IMG/VR virus record: IMGVR_UViG_3300041809_000308
Coordinates: 1-64,000 of that record
DNA length: 64,000 bases
DNA from: a virus
Direction: 5' to 3' (one strand)
Under the pieces are notes generated by a model. That model was not told the origin of the DNA. It did not search any database and saw only the letters and a program-made list of their open reading frames with translations. This document shows positions 1 through 9,418 of this stretch, piece after piece. Every line of letters starts with the position of its first letter. Within the stretch, counting starts at the first letter, position 1. A program made the position numbers and the translations under genes.

Positions 1-141
1 GACCTCCTTGCCCATCTCCACGAACTCAAGGACAAAACCCTCGGTTGCTGGTGTAAGCCGAAGTGGGCGTGTCACGGAGATGTTCTCGTTGAATTGGTCA
101 ACGAGTTGGTATTAGGGTTGTATGGAAACGTTGGTCGTTAG
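1..141 (+). CDS. DUF4326-family protein, C-terminal part (truncated by window)
   Basis: Frame 1 reads DLLAHLHELKDKTLGCWCKPKWACHGDVLVELVNE...; L-G-C-W-C-x-P...C-H-G-D-V-L is the DUF4326 signature. Stop TAG at 139-141. Confidence 0.75.
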   Translation, partial: DLLAHLHELKDKTLGCWCKPKWACHGDVLVELVNELVLGLYGNVGR

Positions 142-337
142 CCCTCAGGAATATCTTGAGATTTATAAAGCCTCCTTCGAATTGGGGAAGTGCCTCGTAT
201 TCAAGGGTGATGACCTTTTTGGCGTTTGGTCAAGGGCCGAGAGCAAATGGGTAGAGTTCATGATGAAGAATTTCAATTGTAAACCATACCACCCCTACAA
301 AGTGATTGTGAGACGCGCTGATGAACCACAAGCTTGA
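122..337 (+). CDS. hypothetical protein (71 aa)
   Basis: ORF tiles between neighbours; GGTATTA motif upstream. Confidence 0.5.
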   Translation: METLVVSPQEYLEIYKASFELGKCLVFKGDDLFGVWSRAESKWVEFMMKNFNCKPYHPYKVIVRRADEPQA

Positions 338-782
338 CACTGACACTCAAGTATTCTTCTATGAGAATGACTTCTACCCTCTGTCCAACTTCTCTGCGTT
401 CACGCTTCAGTGGAAGGGTCTGAAGTTCGACACTTCAGAAGCCGCATATCATTGGGAAAAATTCACCGGCCATGTGATTCAGAGCCGCATCCTGTCCGCC
501 CCCTCGGCTCATGAGGCTTTCAAAACAGCAGAGAACTTCAGATACCTGTGCCGCCCGGACTGGGATAACGTCAAGGTGGGTATCATGAAGGACATCCTCC
601 GGGCTAAAGCCAAGCAACATGAGTATGTCCGCCGCAAGCTACTGGAAACCGGCGACCGCGAGTTGATTGAAGATTCGTGGCGGGATGGTTTTTGGGGTTG
701 GGGTCCGAACAAGGATGGTCAAAACATGCTAGGTAAACTGTGGATGGAAATCAGGGAAGAGCTAAAAAATGAGCATTCTTGA
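321..782 (+). CDS. NADAR (YbiA-like) family protein
   Basis: Motifs LSNF, TSEAAY, W(D)xVK..IM..ILRAKAKQH, LLETGDRELIEDS..DGFWG.G...GQNMLGKLWMEIRE. Confidence 0.9.
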   Translation: MNHKLDTDTQVFFYENDFYPLSNFSAFTLQWKGLKFDTSEAAYHWEKFTGHVIQSRILSAPSAHEAFKTAENFRYLCRPDWDNVKVGIMKDILRAKAKQHEYVRRKLLETGDRELIEDSWRDGFWGWGPNKDGQNMLGKLWMEIREELKNEHS

Positions 783-966
783 CGAGAAGTGGACAGACTT
801 TTATGATGACCACGCACACACGAACGTGCGTACAGAAGACCACTATGTATTCACGTCAGGCTCTGACTGGCTACGTAAGTACATCATCGACCTGCATAAC
901 GCCAAACTTGAAGGAAGACCCGAGATGTGTGATGCAGAGTTGGCACGGCGACTCGACATGCACTAG
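769..966 (+). CDS. hypothetical protein (65 aa)
   Basis: ORF overlapping NADAR stop and ending just before the helicase start. Confidence 0.5.
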   Translation: MSILDEKWTDFYDDHAHTNVRTEDHYVFTSGSDWLRKYIIDLHNAKLEGRPEMCDAELARRLDMH

Positions 967-972
967 TAAATA

Positions 973-2712
973 ATGAAGACCTACGGAACCTGTACTTATA
1001 ACAAGCGTAACCGCTGTTGGGATATTGTTTGCCAACCCCATGTAGCCATCCGGCTTAAGCGCGTCTTCGCTAAAATTGATACATGGCAGTTCGGCAAGCA
1101 GTCTATCTCTGCTACGCCGGAGAACTGCCGCGACCTTCAATGGTTCCTCGAACGATACCCCATGGAAGTTTACCCGTTCGAACTACTCACAGAACGGGCT
1201 CAGTTGCACCGTGAACGCCAGTCCATCATTGAACAACTTTTGAATGGGCGCATGGAGCAGGAAGCTTTCAAGATGAAGCTGCCTCCCCGTGAGTATCAGG
1301 CTCTTGCCGCTCACATGTGGCTCACTGCTGGTGGTCTCCTATTGGCTGATGACGTGGGGCTGGGCAAAACCTGTACCGCTATCGCTGGGCTCATCGACCC
1401 ACGGCTGCAACCGGCTCTGGTGGTTACCCTCGCCCACCTTCCTTTTCAATGGCAGGATGAGGTACGCAAGTTCTCAGACCTCAGCACGCACATCCTGAAG
1501 AAGGGTACCCCATACGACATTCTACAGTACACTAAGGGTAAACTACCCGATGTGTTCATCTGCAACTATCACAAGCTGGGCGGCTGGGCTGAGACGCTGG
1601 GAAAGGTAGTCAAGTCTGTTGTCTTTGATGAGGTTCAGGAACTTCGGCACAAGGGCACACAGAAATACGCTGCGGCGAAGCATATCGCCGACCAATGTGA
1701 CTTCCGCCTCGGCACATCGGCCACCCCTATCTACAACTATGGCGGTGAAATCTTCAACATCGTGGATGTAGTGCTGCCAGATGTGCTGGGCACACAGGAC
1801 GAGTTTATCCGCGAGTGGTGTATCTACCAGTTCGGAAAGGTCAAAATCAAAGACCCAGCCGCGTTCGGCCTCTATGCACGCGAGATGGGAATTATGCTCC
1901 GCCGCACTCGCAAGGAAGTCAAGCGGGAACTCCCAGCCATTACTGTGGTGCCTCACCACATTGACGCCGACCCTAAGATTATCGACCATCTGAAGGGACA
2001 GGCAATTGAACTCGCCAAGCTGATTTTGAAGCAGACGCAGGATTTCAAAGGTCAGAAGATGCAAGCCGCTGGCGAGTTCGACATGAAGATGCGTCAGGCG
2101 ACTGGAATCGCCAAGGCCCCATTCGTGGCTGAGTTCGTCAAGTTCCTCGTGGAAGAGAGCGATGAACCTCTTGTACTGTACGGCTGGCACCGAGAAGTCT
2201 ACTCCATTTGGATGGAGCAACTCAAAGATTTGAACCCAGTCATGTTCACCGGCTCCGAGTCTCCTGTTCAAAAGGAAGCCTCCAAGCAAGCTTTCCTCAA
2301 AGGTGAGTCCAAGGTCATGATAATTTCTCTCCGGGCTGGGGCTGGTATGGATGGTTTGCAGGATGTGTGCCACCTTGTAGTATTCGGTGAACTGGATTGG
2401 AGCCCCGGCGTCCATGAGCAGTGCATCGGTCGCGTCCATCGCGATGGACAGGATGACCCGGTGACCGCCTACTATTTGCTGTCTGAGCATGGTTCCGACC
2501 CGATTATGTCAGATATTTTGGGTATCAAGAAACAGCAGATTGAGGGTGTACGTGACCCGAACCAAGACTTGGTGACTAAACTTCAGATTGAGGAAGACTA
2601 CATTTCTCGACTAGCGAAACGTTTCTTAGAGGACAACGGCATTGATACCGCGCAATATGAACCCGCTGGAACGTTACCTGATTTACCTTCTGAGAGACCC
2701 GAGGAACAGTGA
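973..2712 (+). CDS. SNF2/SWI2-family (SF2) helicase
   Basis: Motif I LLADDVGLGKT, motif II VFDEVQ, motif III SATP, RRTRKEV..ELP, motif V AGAGMDGLQ, motif VI QCIGRVHRDGQ. Confidence 0.92.
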   Translation: MKTYGTCTYNKRNRCWDIVCQPHVAIRLKRVFAKIDTWQFGKQSISATPENCRDLQWFLERYPMEVYPFELLTERAQLHRERQSIIEQLLNGRMEQEAFKMKLPPREYQALAAHMWLTAGGLLLADDVGLGKTCTAIAGLIDPRLQPALVVTLAHLPFQWQDEVRKFSDLSTHILKKGTPYDILQYTKGKLPDVFICNYHKLGGWAETLGKVVKSVVFDEVQELRHKGTQKYAAAKHIADQCDFRLGTSATPIYNYGGEIFNIVDVVLPDVLGTQDEFIREWCIYQFGKVKIKDPAAFGLYAREMGIMLRRTRKEVKRELPAITVVPHHIDADPKIIDHLKGQAIELAKLILKQTQDFKGQKMQAAGEFDMKMRQATGIAKAPFVAEFVKFLVEESDEPLVLYGWHREVYSIWMEQLKDLNPVMFTGSESPVQKEASKQAFLKGESKVMIISLRAGAGMDGLQDVCHLVVFGELDWSPGVHEQCIGRVHRDGQDDPVTAYYLLSEHGSDPIMSDILGIKKQQIEGVRDPNQDLVTKLQIEEDYISRLAKRFLEDNGIDTAQYEPAGTLPDLPSERPEEQ

Positions 2713-3397
2713 ACCCCGCTATGTCGGTAAGAGCACTTCGGGGATTCATCGACCGAGGGCACATGTTGTATCACCTAACCCGAAACAGGCTTACCTGTAC
2801 AACTGGGTTACAGCTTTGAAGACGGAGGGGGTTGAACCCGAGATTTTAGTTATCGAACGGGTGTCTGACCCCCTGCTCCTAGCCGAATTGGAGCGGTATT
2901 GGATACGCACGCTACGCCATTCAGGGTATCGGCTGGTTAATCTCACTGACGGAGGCGAGGGGAAGCTTGGGCTCAAACACACTGATGAATCCAAACGTCG
3001 CATAAGCGAGACCAAGAGGCAAAAGAAACTCAAGGCTGAGGCTGAGGGAAAGGCGTACGGGATGAACGGTCGTTCCCACTCACAGGAAGTCAAAGAGAGG
3101 ATAGCTGCTGCCCAAAAAGGTAGGCATCTGTCCGACGCCACGAAGCAGAAACTCAGGAACATCCGTAAAGGCACCGCCACGCGAGGCACCGGCTGGCACC
3201 ACTCCGAGGCGACCTGCAATCGGTTGTCAGAGCAGATGCAGGGTAACAAACGTGGAGCCGGAGCCGTGTTCTCTGATGAAAGAAAAAACAAAATTAGACA
3301 GGCTTTAACGGGTATTAAGCGTTCAGAAGAGACTCGAAGGAAGATTTCAGAGAGTCAGAAATTAAGAGGGGATTCTGATGAATCAGACACGTTGTGA
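2657..3397 (+). mobile_element. free-standing GIY-YIG homing endonuclease with NUMOD3 repeats
   Basis: IYLLRDP...RYVGKS, ERYWI, LVNLTDGGEG, repeated HS/TxExKxKIS motifs. ATG 2657 overlaps the helicase 3' end. Confidence 0.88.
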
Positions 3398-3575
3398 TTA
3401 CGTCCACGAAGATGGGTCAATGCTTGGACGACCTGCAATGAACTGGCTGAGTGGGAAGCCCTTAAAGCAGTAGAAGACCCCGATGACGCAGAGCATATTG
3501 TATCGTGCTCTGTTCACCTTACTGACATGTTGGAACGCGACGGCGAGTATCTCATTCACGCGGTATAAGGAGCCT

Positions 3576-3743
3576 ATGAGTAAGCTTGAGGACTTCGGCG
3601 GTATGCAAGAAATTGCAGATGAGTACAGCGATGTGAAGACGTGCCCCCTGTCTGACGTTGGCTACCATTGCAGTTGCTACGACCGTGGCAAGGAATGCGA
3701 CATCTGTGGGCAGGAGCCCCCAACTACTATCGTGGTCCGGTGA
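3576..3743 (+). CDS. small Cys-rich hypothetical protein
   Basis: AGGAG RBS before ATG 3576; CxC and CxxC motifs. Confidence 0.55.
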   Translation: MSKLEDFGGMQEIADEYSDVKTCPLSDVGYHCSCYDRGKECDICGQEPPTTIVVR

Positions 3744-3814
3744 GAGCGCCAACCGACTTTAGCAAACATCTGGTTATCGAAAAACCCAGTATTAAGGATT
3801 GACGGAGGGCCTAT

Positions 3815-4393
3815 ATGGCTACTAAATTTTCCCAAATCCCTGTCGGCAACATTTTTGAGGCAGATGGCAGCAAATTCCGTAAGGTGGATGACCTCTATTA
3901 CGAAGACCCGAGCACTGGTTTCCAATCAATGTGGAACCCGATATTTGACGACAGCATTGCTCGTCCCCCGATAGCAGAGAAGAAAGCCCCACTCAACGGT
4001 GAGACCAACATCAGTGACAAGTTCCTCGTTGACACGCAAACCCGCGTGATGAAGCCCAACCCCAACTACCAAGCCCCCCATGATTCCTGCGCGGCTGAAC
4101 AAGCGTTCGCTGAAATGTGGGGTACGGCTTTATTCGATTGTGGCCCAGAAGATTATGGGTGGATGGCTACCAACTCTATTCGGGCTGTGAACCTCGTCAG
4201 CAGCATCATCATGATTCTGACTTCGGTCGAAGGTTCCCCGGATAAACGGATTCTCCCGGAGCAGGTTGAATCTATCATCAACAAGTGGGCGGATAAGATT
4301 TTCTACTCCACCCCTGTTAAGAAGGCAGCAACAAAGAAGAAAACCAAGAAACCCACCCCGGCCAAGAAGGTCGCAACAAGGAAGGGAAAGTAA
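3815..4393 (+). CDS. hypothetical protein with Lys-rich histone-like C-terminal tail
   Basis: GGAGG RBS; C-terminus KKAATKKKTKKPTPAKKVATRKGK. Confidence 0.7.
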   Translation: MATKFSQIPVGNIFEADGSKFRKVDDLYYEDPSTGFQSMWNPIFDDSIARPPIAEKKAPLNGETNISDKFLVDTQTRVMKPNPNYQAPHDSCAAEQAFAEMWGTALFDCGPEDYGWMATNSIRAVNLVSSIIMILTSVEGSPDKRILPEQVESIINKWADKIFYSTPVKKAATKKKTKKPTPAKKVATRKGK

Positions 4394-5061
4394 TGTCCAA
4401 GCGTTCACTACAGGGGTTGCAAAACCGGGCGTTGAAGCTGCGGTACCTCGACTCCGCCAAACAGGTTGTCGAACAACTTCAAGCTGAAAACGAGAAACTC
4501 AAGAATGATCCTGATACTGTAGTTGGTCAAGTCATCCCACAACTTCGCACAGCCATCTCTCAAAACAAAAAGCTGTCTGTTCTGGCGGCAGCGATTATTG
4601 AGGCCGCTGGGGGGAGCATTGCAGTCTCCAAAGCAACGTTGGAGTCCTTTGAATCGAAGGTGCTCAGTATCAAGTGGGCTGTTCCAGAAGGTGTAGAAAG
4701 CGTGGATGCAGCCACTGAATTGATTTTCAGCTATGAGGCCTTGACGCAGGAAGAGGTTGATGCACGTCAGGCAGCAGCAACCCCGCCACAAGTGACAGTG
4801 ACCCCTGAACCTGAGTCCCCAACTGAACCGATTTCAATCTCACTTGGGCAGTTCCAAAAAGTTGCGGAGGAGGCTGAGGAAGTTACAGTCCCACCATCTG
4901 AACTAGACCGGGAGCAGAAAGCGGAAGAGTTCATTAAAGCATCGGGTAAGGCTGTTCATACCAACGATTGTTCAACCTCTATCGCTCCTGCTGAAGAACC
5001 GGGACCGTGTGATTGTGACTGTGACCAGAGCGAGAACGCCGCGTTAAGCTTGGACACATAA
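4393..5061 (+). CDS. hypothetical protein (N-terminal coiled coil, acidic/Pro-rich C-terminus)
   Basis: TAATG stop/start coupling with the previous ORF. Confidence 0.7.
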   Translation: MSKRSLQGLQNRALKLRYLDSAKQVVEQLQAENEKLKNDPDTVVGQVIPQLRTAISQNKKLSVLAAAIIEAAGGSIAVSKATLESFESKVLSIKWAVPEGVESVDAATELIFSYEALTQEEVDARQAAATPPQVTVTPEPESPTEPISISLGQFQKVAEEAEEVTVPPSELDREQKAEEFIKASGKAVHTNDCSTSIAPAEEPGPCDCDCDQSENAALSLDT

Positions 5062-5102
5062 GCTAAATCATAAATTAGTGAACTCGAAAGTGACTTTGTG
5101 GT

Positions 5103-6245
5103 ATGACTTTTCTTTTCGTTAGTGAGTCCCCTATCCAAGGCACTAACGTGAAACCGAGAGTCCTATTCATCCTGAAGTACCGCGAAAGTTCTGGAGGAAG
5201 CTATAGCAACTGCTGGAGCCAGCAAGACGAAGCAGCAGTGGGCGCTAAGAAAGAGCTATCCAGTGGCTTGCTAAACTCTGCCCGATTCATTGTCGATATG
5301 CTGAGAAAAACAGGTATCGCCGTTGAACTGGTGCAGGTAGTTGATAACAATGACATCGACCGTGAAGTGACGAGATACAAACCCACGCACGTCGTCATTG
5401 AAGCATTGTGGGTCGTTCCAAGTAAGTTCGACGTTCTTCAACGCTTACACCCTCATGTCCAGTGGATTGTACGCGGACACAGTGAACTCCCCTTCCTCGC
5501 ACAAGAAGGAGTGGCAGTTAACTGGATTACCAAATACGTCCAATTCAAAAACGTCAAGTTCGCTGCCAACTCAGAACATTCGGTTCGGGACATCCGAGCT
5601 ATCATCAAAGCGGCGAACCCAACTTGGTCCCATACCAAGGTAGCTGAGAAGGTGCCATACCTTCCCAACTACTACCCGCATGACAAAAAGATTCCGGCTT
5701 ACAAAAAGCCAGAATCCAAATTCATTGATGTTGCGTGCTTCGGTGCCATTCGCCCTTTGAAGAATCAACTGGTTCAGGCTGTGGCTGCTATCGAGTACGC
5801 TAATTTGGAAGGAAAGATACTGCGGTTTCACACCAACGCAACCAGAGTTGAAACGCAGGGTGACAGTGTGCTAAAGAATCTCGAAGCACTGTTTGAAGCC
5901 ACCCCGCCACATCAACTCATTAAGCACTCGTGGATGCCCCATGAAGAATTCCTGAAGCTGTTGAAGCAGATGGATGTGGCGATGCAGGTATCTTTTTCAG
6001 AAACATTTAACATCGTGGCCGCTGATTGTGTGGTGACTGGGCTACCGATTGTGGTGTCACCCGAGGTCTCTTGGGCAACATCATGGTGTCAGGCAGAACC
6101 GACCAATAGCGAGGACATTCTCCTCAAACTGCTGAAGGCCAACGACTGGCGATTGAAACTCGCCATAAAAGTGCTGAACCTCCGTGGCTTGCGCCACTTC
6201 TGTGAGGACAGCAAATCCCGTTGGGTCAAGTACCTCAACGGCTAA
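5103..6245 (+). CDS. GT-B fold glycosyltransferase (GT4-like); true start probably GTG 5148
   Basis: FGAIRPLKNQL, WMPHEEF..LL..MDV.MQVSFSETFNIVAADCVVTGLPIVVS (GT4 E-x7-E/D motif). Confidence 0.85.
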   Translation: MTFLFVSESPIQGTNVKPRVLFILKYRESSGGSYSNCWSQQDEAAVGAKKELSSGLLNSARFIVDMLRKTGIAVELVQVVDNNDIDREVTRYKPTHVVIEALWVVPSKFDVLQRLHPHVQWIVRGHSELPFLAQEGVAVNWITKYVQFKNVKFAANSEHSVRDIRAIIKAANPTWSHTKVAEKVPYLPNYYPHDKKIPAYKKPESKFIDVACFGAIRPLKNQLVQAVAAIEYANLEGKILRFHTNATRVETQGDSVLKNLEALFEATPPHQLIKHSWMPHEEFLKLLKQMDVAMQVSFSETFNIVAADCVVTGLPIVVSPEVSWATSWCQAEPTNSEDILLKLLKANDWRLKLAIKVLNLRGLRHFCEDSKSRWVKYLNG

Positions 6246-6411
6246 ACTTACACTATGACGAGGGTGGAAGAATTGTGCGGGATTGGCCCGATGATTCCAC
6301 CCTCAACTTTTTCCACAACCAAAAACTTCCGACAGGAATCATGATGTGCCAGCCAGATGCAACTTATCCCGGCATTGAATGGGATTGCTGGCCGGTACCT
6401 GAGGGACAACA

Positions 6412-6945
6412 ATGAAAAAGCGTGTCATTCGCAATGCCCACGATGCCTACTGGTTTCTGAAAGACCACCCAAAATTCAACGTCCCGGAACGCACCGAGAT
6501 TGATGAGGACGAAATTGAGGAAGCGAAACAGGAAGGGTTCAAAGTCACCGTTGACCAAAGCGGCAAAGCCTACCGCATTTGGCCGAAGATTATCCGGCAC
6601 GCTTTGGATTGCAATCTTGACATCTTCTACACCAAAGTCAATCACCCCACTCGTGGCCGAGTGGACAAGGATGCATCCAAGAACAAGTATGTGGAATGTT
6701 GGTTGGAGTTCGGACCGATTTACTACGGGTACGCTTATTCTGGTTGCGAAACACCATTAAGCGAGTGGGACGATACAACCATGCTGCTTCACAGCCACGA
6801 CACCGATCTGGATACGGGTGCCCCAACTTTCGATGAAGCCCTTGTGAAGCTTGCCAAGCTTGTGCTGAAGCACTATGGTGACTACGAAGACAAGCACTCA
6901 CAACGAGAAGTTCTTAAGAAACTAATCGCCGTTTCAAAGGCTTGA
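6412..6945 (+). CDS. hypothetical protein (177 aa)
   Basis: GAGGG RBS; long ORF with phage-like composition. Confidence 0.7.
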   Translation: MKKRVIRNAHDAYWFLKDHPKFNVPERTEIDEDEIEEAKQEGFKVTVDQSGKAYRIWPKIIRHALDCNLDIFYTKVNHPTRGRVDKDASKNKYVECWLEFGPIYYGYAYSGCETPLSEWDDTTMLLHSHDTDLDTGAPTFDEALVKLAKLVLKHYGDYEDKHSQREVLKKLIAVSKA

Positions 6946-7158
6946 TGTGCTGTATTTCGCAAAAGCCTCAGGTTTCAATATCGGTCGGAGACGCTCGATG
7001 TGTTTAGGGTATCGGTTGACAAATTCCTTTGGGGGCCAAAGGAACACATAGGGGTCTTTCAATTCCTCAAATGCAAACCGGCAGAATTCAAGAAAAGCCT
7101 CATCTCCCTCTGCGGTAAGTGACACAGGACCACCAACTGTTTCCACCGTGAAGTTCAT
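6934..7158 (-). CDS. hypothetical protein (74 aa)
   Basis: Abuts the GNAT stop; GAGG RBS. Confidence 0.55.
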   Translation of the reverse strand: MNFTVETVGGPVSLTAEGDEAFLEFCRFAFEELKDPYVFLWPPKEFVNRYPKHIERLRPILKPEAFAKYSTSSL

Positions 7159-7159
7159 A

Positions 7160-7615
7160 CTACCTCTTTTTGAAAACTTTGACCATCGAAATGGCTGACG
7201 TACCGTTAGAATAATACCGATGCTTGATGCCTGTTACACGATAGCCCAACTTGAAGTAGAGTACCTGAGCCGGGTTATCCACTTGGACTTCCAGTCTTAC
7301 TTTCTTCACGCCTTCTTTTTGTAGGAAAGTTTCGACCTCATCCATCAACAGTTTTCCAAACCCTTGTTGTCGATAGGCTGGGTCAACACACAGTGAGACA
7401 ACGTGCCCGGTCGTACCTGAATCTTCCAGTTCAACGAGCACGTATCCCACTATTTGGTTGTCGTACACCCCGACCCAAACATTAGAAGCAGTGTCTTCTA
7501 ATGCAGCAATCAAATCATGCTTGTTCCAACGATACGCCCTACTGAAACAGGCGTTTTCTAGCTCATGAATACGGTTTACGTACTCTGGTTTGAAGCCCTG
7601 AGTTATAGTCAGCAT
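7160..7615 (-). CDS. RimI-like GNAT N-acetyltransferase
   Basis: LENACF, GHVVSLCVDPAYRQQGFGKLLM (acetyl-CoA motif A), LEVQVDNPAQVLYFKLGY, YYSNG.SA..M. Confidence 0.88.
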   Translation of the reverse strand: MLTITQGFKPEYVNRIHELENACFSRAYRWNKHDLIAALEDTASNVWVGVYDNQIVGYVLVELEDSGTTGHVVSLCVDPAYRQQGFGKLLMDEVETFLQKEGVKKVRLEVQVDNPAQVLYFKLGYRVTGIKHRYYSNGTSAISMVKVFKKR

Positions 7616-9237
7616 CAGAAATGCATTGCCTTTGCTTTGGTGTTGACGTTGCGTTCCTTGATACCGAACAGCGTGTCGCCCTTTACGTTGCAGTTAATCT
7701 GCATCGTAATACCCCCGGTACGGCTGACTACGAAAGACTGCAAGGCACGCCCTGAAGTAATGTAGCCATGCTTTGTGTGAAAGCGGTCGAGACCAGACAG
7801 GCTCTTCAACTGGAACGTTGTCAGACCGCCAATCTCACGAGCAACTTCATGATGCAAGTGCCCTGAGAAGAAATACTGAAATTCACTCTTGGTAAACAGG
7901 TCCTTAGCCTCTTTCACCATAGCAGACATCATATCCTTCGGAGCGACACAATCTCCATGAGCGAAACCAAGAAGTGAATTGCCATACGCCGCATACTGCC
8001 GCTTCTTCTGTGGTGAATTGATAATTTCCACGTCCTTAGAGGCTGCATACTTACCCAATAAGAACATCGCCATGCTGATGGAGTTATTGAAGTCATGGTT
8101 GCCGGGGACGTTGAGGTACTTGATGGCGGGGGTTAGTTGCCGCAACATCTCGATGTGGTCGTATGCCAGTTCACAGCCTTCCATTAGAATCTGTGAAGGT
8201 GTGCCGTCCAAATCCTGTGGTGTGCCCCGAGTGGTTGTGCCCCACTGATTGTCGATGTGGAACCAATCGGAACCAGATGCTACGATAATCAACTCAGGAC
8301 GCCCCAACTTGGCAACATACTTCGCCAACTCATTCGTTTTGTCAATAAGCAGGTCACGAGCCTCTGTACGACTGTACCCCTGTCCTGTTTCATCCATCCA
8401 ACCGTACTTACCGAAGTGCAAGTCGAAAGGGGCCACGACAAGAGCATAGGGCTCGTCACTGGTTGGAAGAGCTACCAGTGGCGGTCTGTAGTCAGGCAAG
8501 GTCTGCTTGATTAGTTCAGTCAAGGGAGTAATGACCGACTGTTCAAGGTGATTCCAGTTTTTAGCATCTGTGATAGTTGCTTGCCATTCCTTCTTGCGGA
8601 ATGAGTTGTACACCTTCAAACGACGCTGCTGAACTAGGTCATCCGCCATTTCATTCACATCACGGGAGACCAGTTCCTCACTTGTGAAAGGTTCCTTGTC
8701 GTGCGTCCACCCATGCAGAGCCTTGTACTCTACAAACCAATCACGACGGAACTCAAACCGCCGACAAATTTCATTGATGGTCTCAGAACCACCGGCCATG
8801 TTTGAATACGCCTTCAACATCGCACGATGAATCTCACCGGGTAGGATGATGCTTTTGCCCCCGAGAGAGCGTGGAAGGGGTGTGATGTAAGTGTCTGACT
8901 CCTTGTTGTAGATGTAATTCTTGTCGTAGATGAGGTCCTGTTCCTCATCTGTGATGTTTTGTGAGGGGTTCTCTTCCTTGGGCTGATGTATCTTCAACCC
9001 CGCCGCCTGAATAAGATAGGGAAACTTGGGAAAATGCCCCTCAATATCCTTTTCCTTGAACTCCTTGTTTCTATGTGCGCGGTAATAACCACGACTGAGT
9101 TCTTCGCCCTCAGGGAGTGTCTTAGCCACCCGTTGCGCGTCTGCGATTATGTCTTCTCGGGACGGTGGAGAAAGCTTCAACGGGGGCTCCGGTGTAGGCT
9201 TCTTTTTTGAGGGCTTCTTTGCTGTTTTTACACTCAA
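7615..9237 (-). CDS. calcineurin-like metallophosphoesterase with long N-terminal extension
   Basis: DLHFG, GSDWFH, PGNHD, AHGD and SGHLH motifs in canonical order. Confidence 0.88.
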   Translation of the reverse strand: MSVKTAKKPSKKKPTPEPPLKLSPPSREDIIADAQRVAKTLPEGEELSRGYYRAHRNKEFKEKDIEGHFPKFPYLIQAAGLKIHQPKEENPSQNITDEEQDLIYDKNYIYNKESDTYITPLPRSLGGKSIILPGEIHRAMLKAYSNMAGGSETINEICRRFEFRRDWFVEYKALHGWTHDKEPFTSEELVSRDVNEMADDLVQQRRLKVYNSFRKKEWQATITDAKNWNHLEQSVITPLTELIKQTLPDYRPPLVALPTSDEPYALVVAPFDLHFGKYGWMDETGQGYSRTEARDLLIDKTNELAKYVAKLGRPELIIVASGSDWFHIDNQWGTTTRGTPQDLDGTPSQILMEGCELAYDHIEMLRQLTPAIKYLNVPGNHDFNNSISMAMFLLGKYAASKDVEIINSPQKKRQYAAYGNSLLGFAHGDCVAPKDMMSAMVKEAKDLFTKSEFQYFFSGHLHHEVAREIGGLTTFQLKSLSGLDRFHTKHGYITSGRALQSFVVSRTGGITMQINCNVKGDTLFGIKERNVNTKAKAMHF

Positions 9238-9418
9238 GCGGTTTCCTCCAATGGGTGCGCGTATTTTAGAATCAAATGTGCGCGGTTCCTATAAGTGAAC
9301 CCTATAGCATCAAACCTGTTGCACAATAGGCTGACTAGTAATACTCGAAAATCGAAATTTTCCACATTCAGGATTCACTTATAGGGGAACCCGTGCCTCT
9401 GTTTTCACAAGGACACCG

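Noticed and set aside
2657-3397. GIY-YIG gene overlapping the helicase 3' end as a possible group I intron
   Set aside because: The helicase has all motifs through VI before the overlap, and no downstream exon or intron core was evident; treated as free-standing.
6221-6415. 64-aa ORF between the glycosyltransferase and the 6412 gene
   Set aside because: It may be real (it ends in an ATGA overlap), but the start and RBS are unclear and there is no motif, so it is not called.
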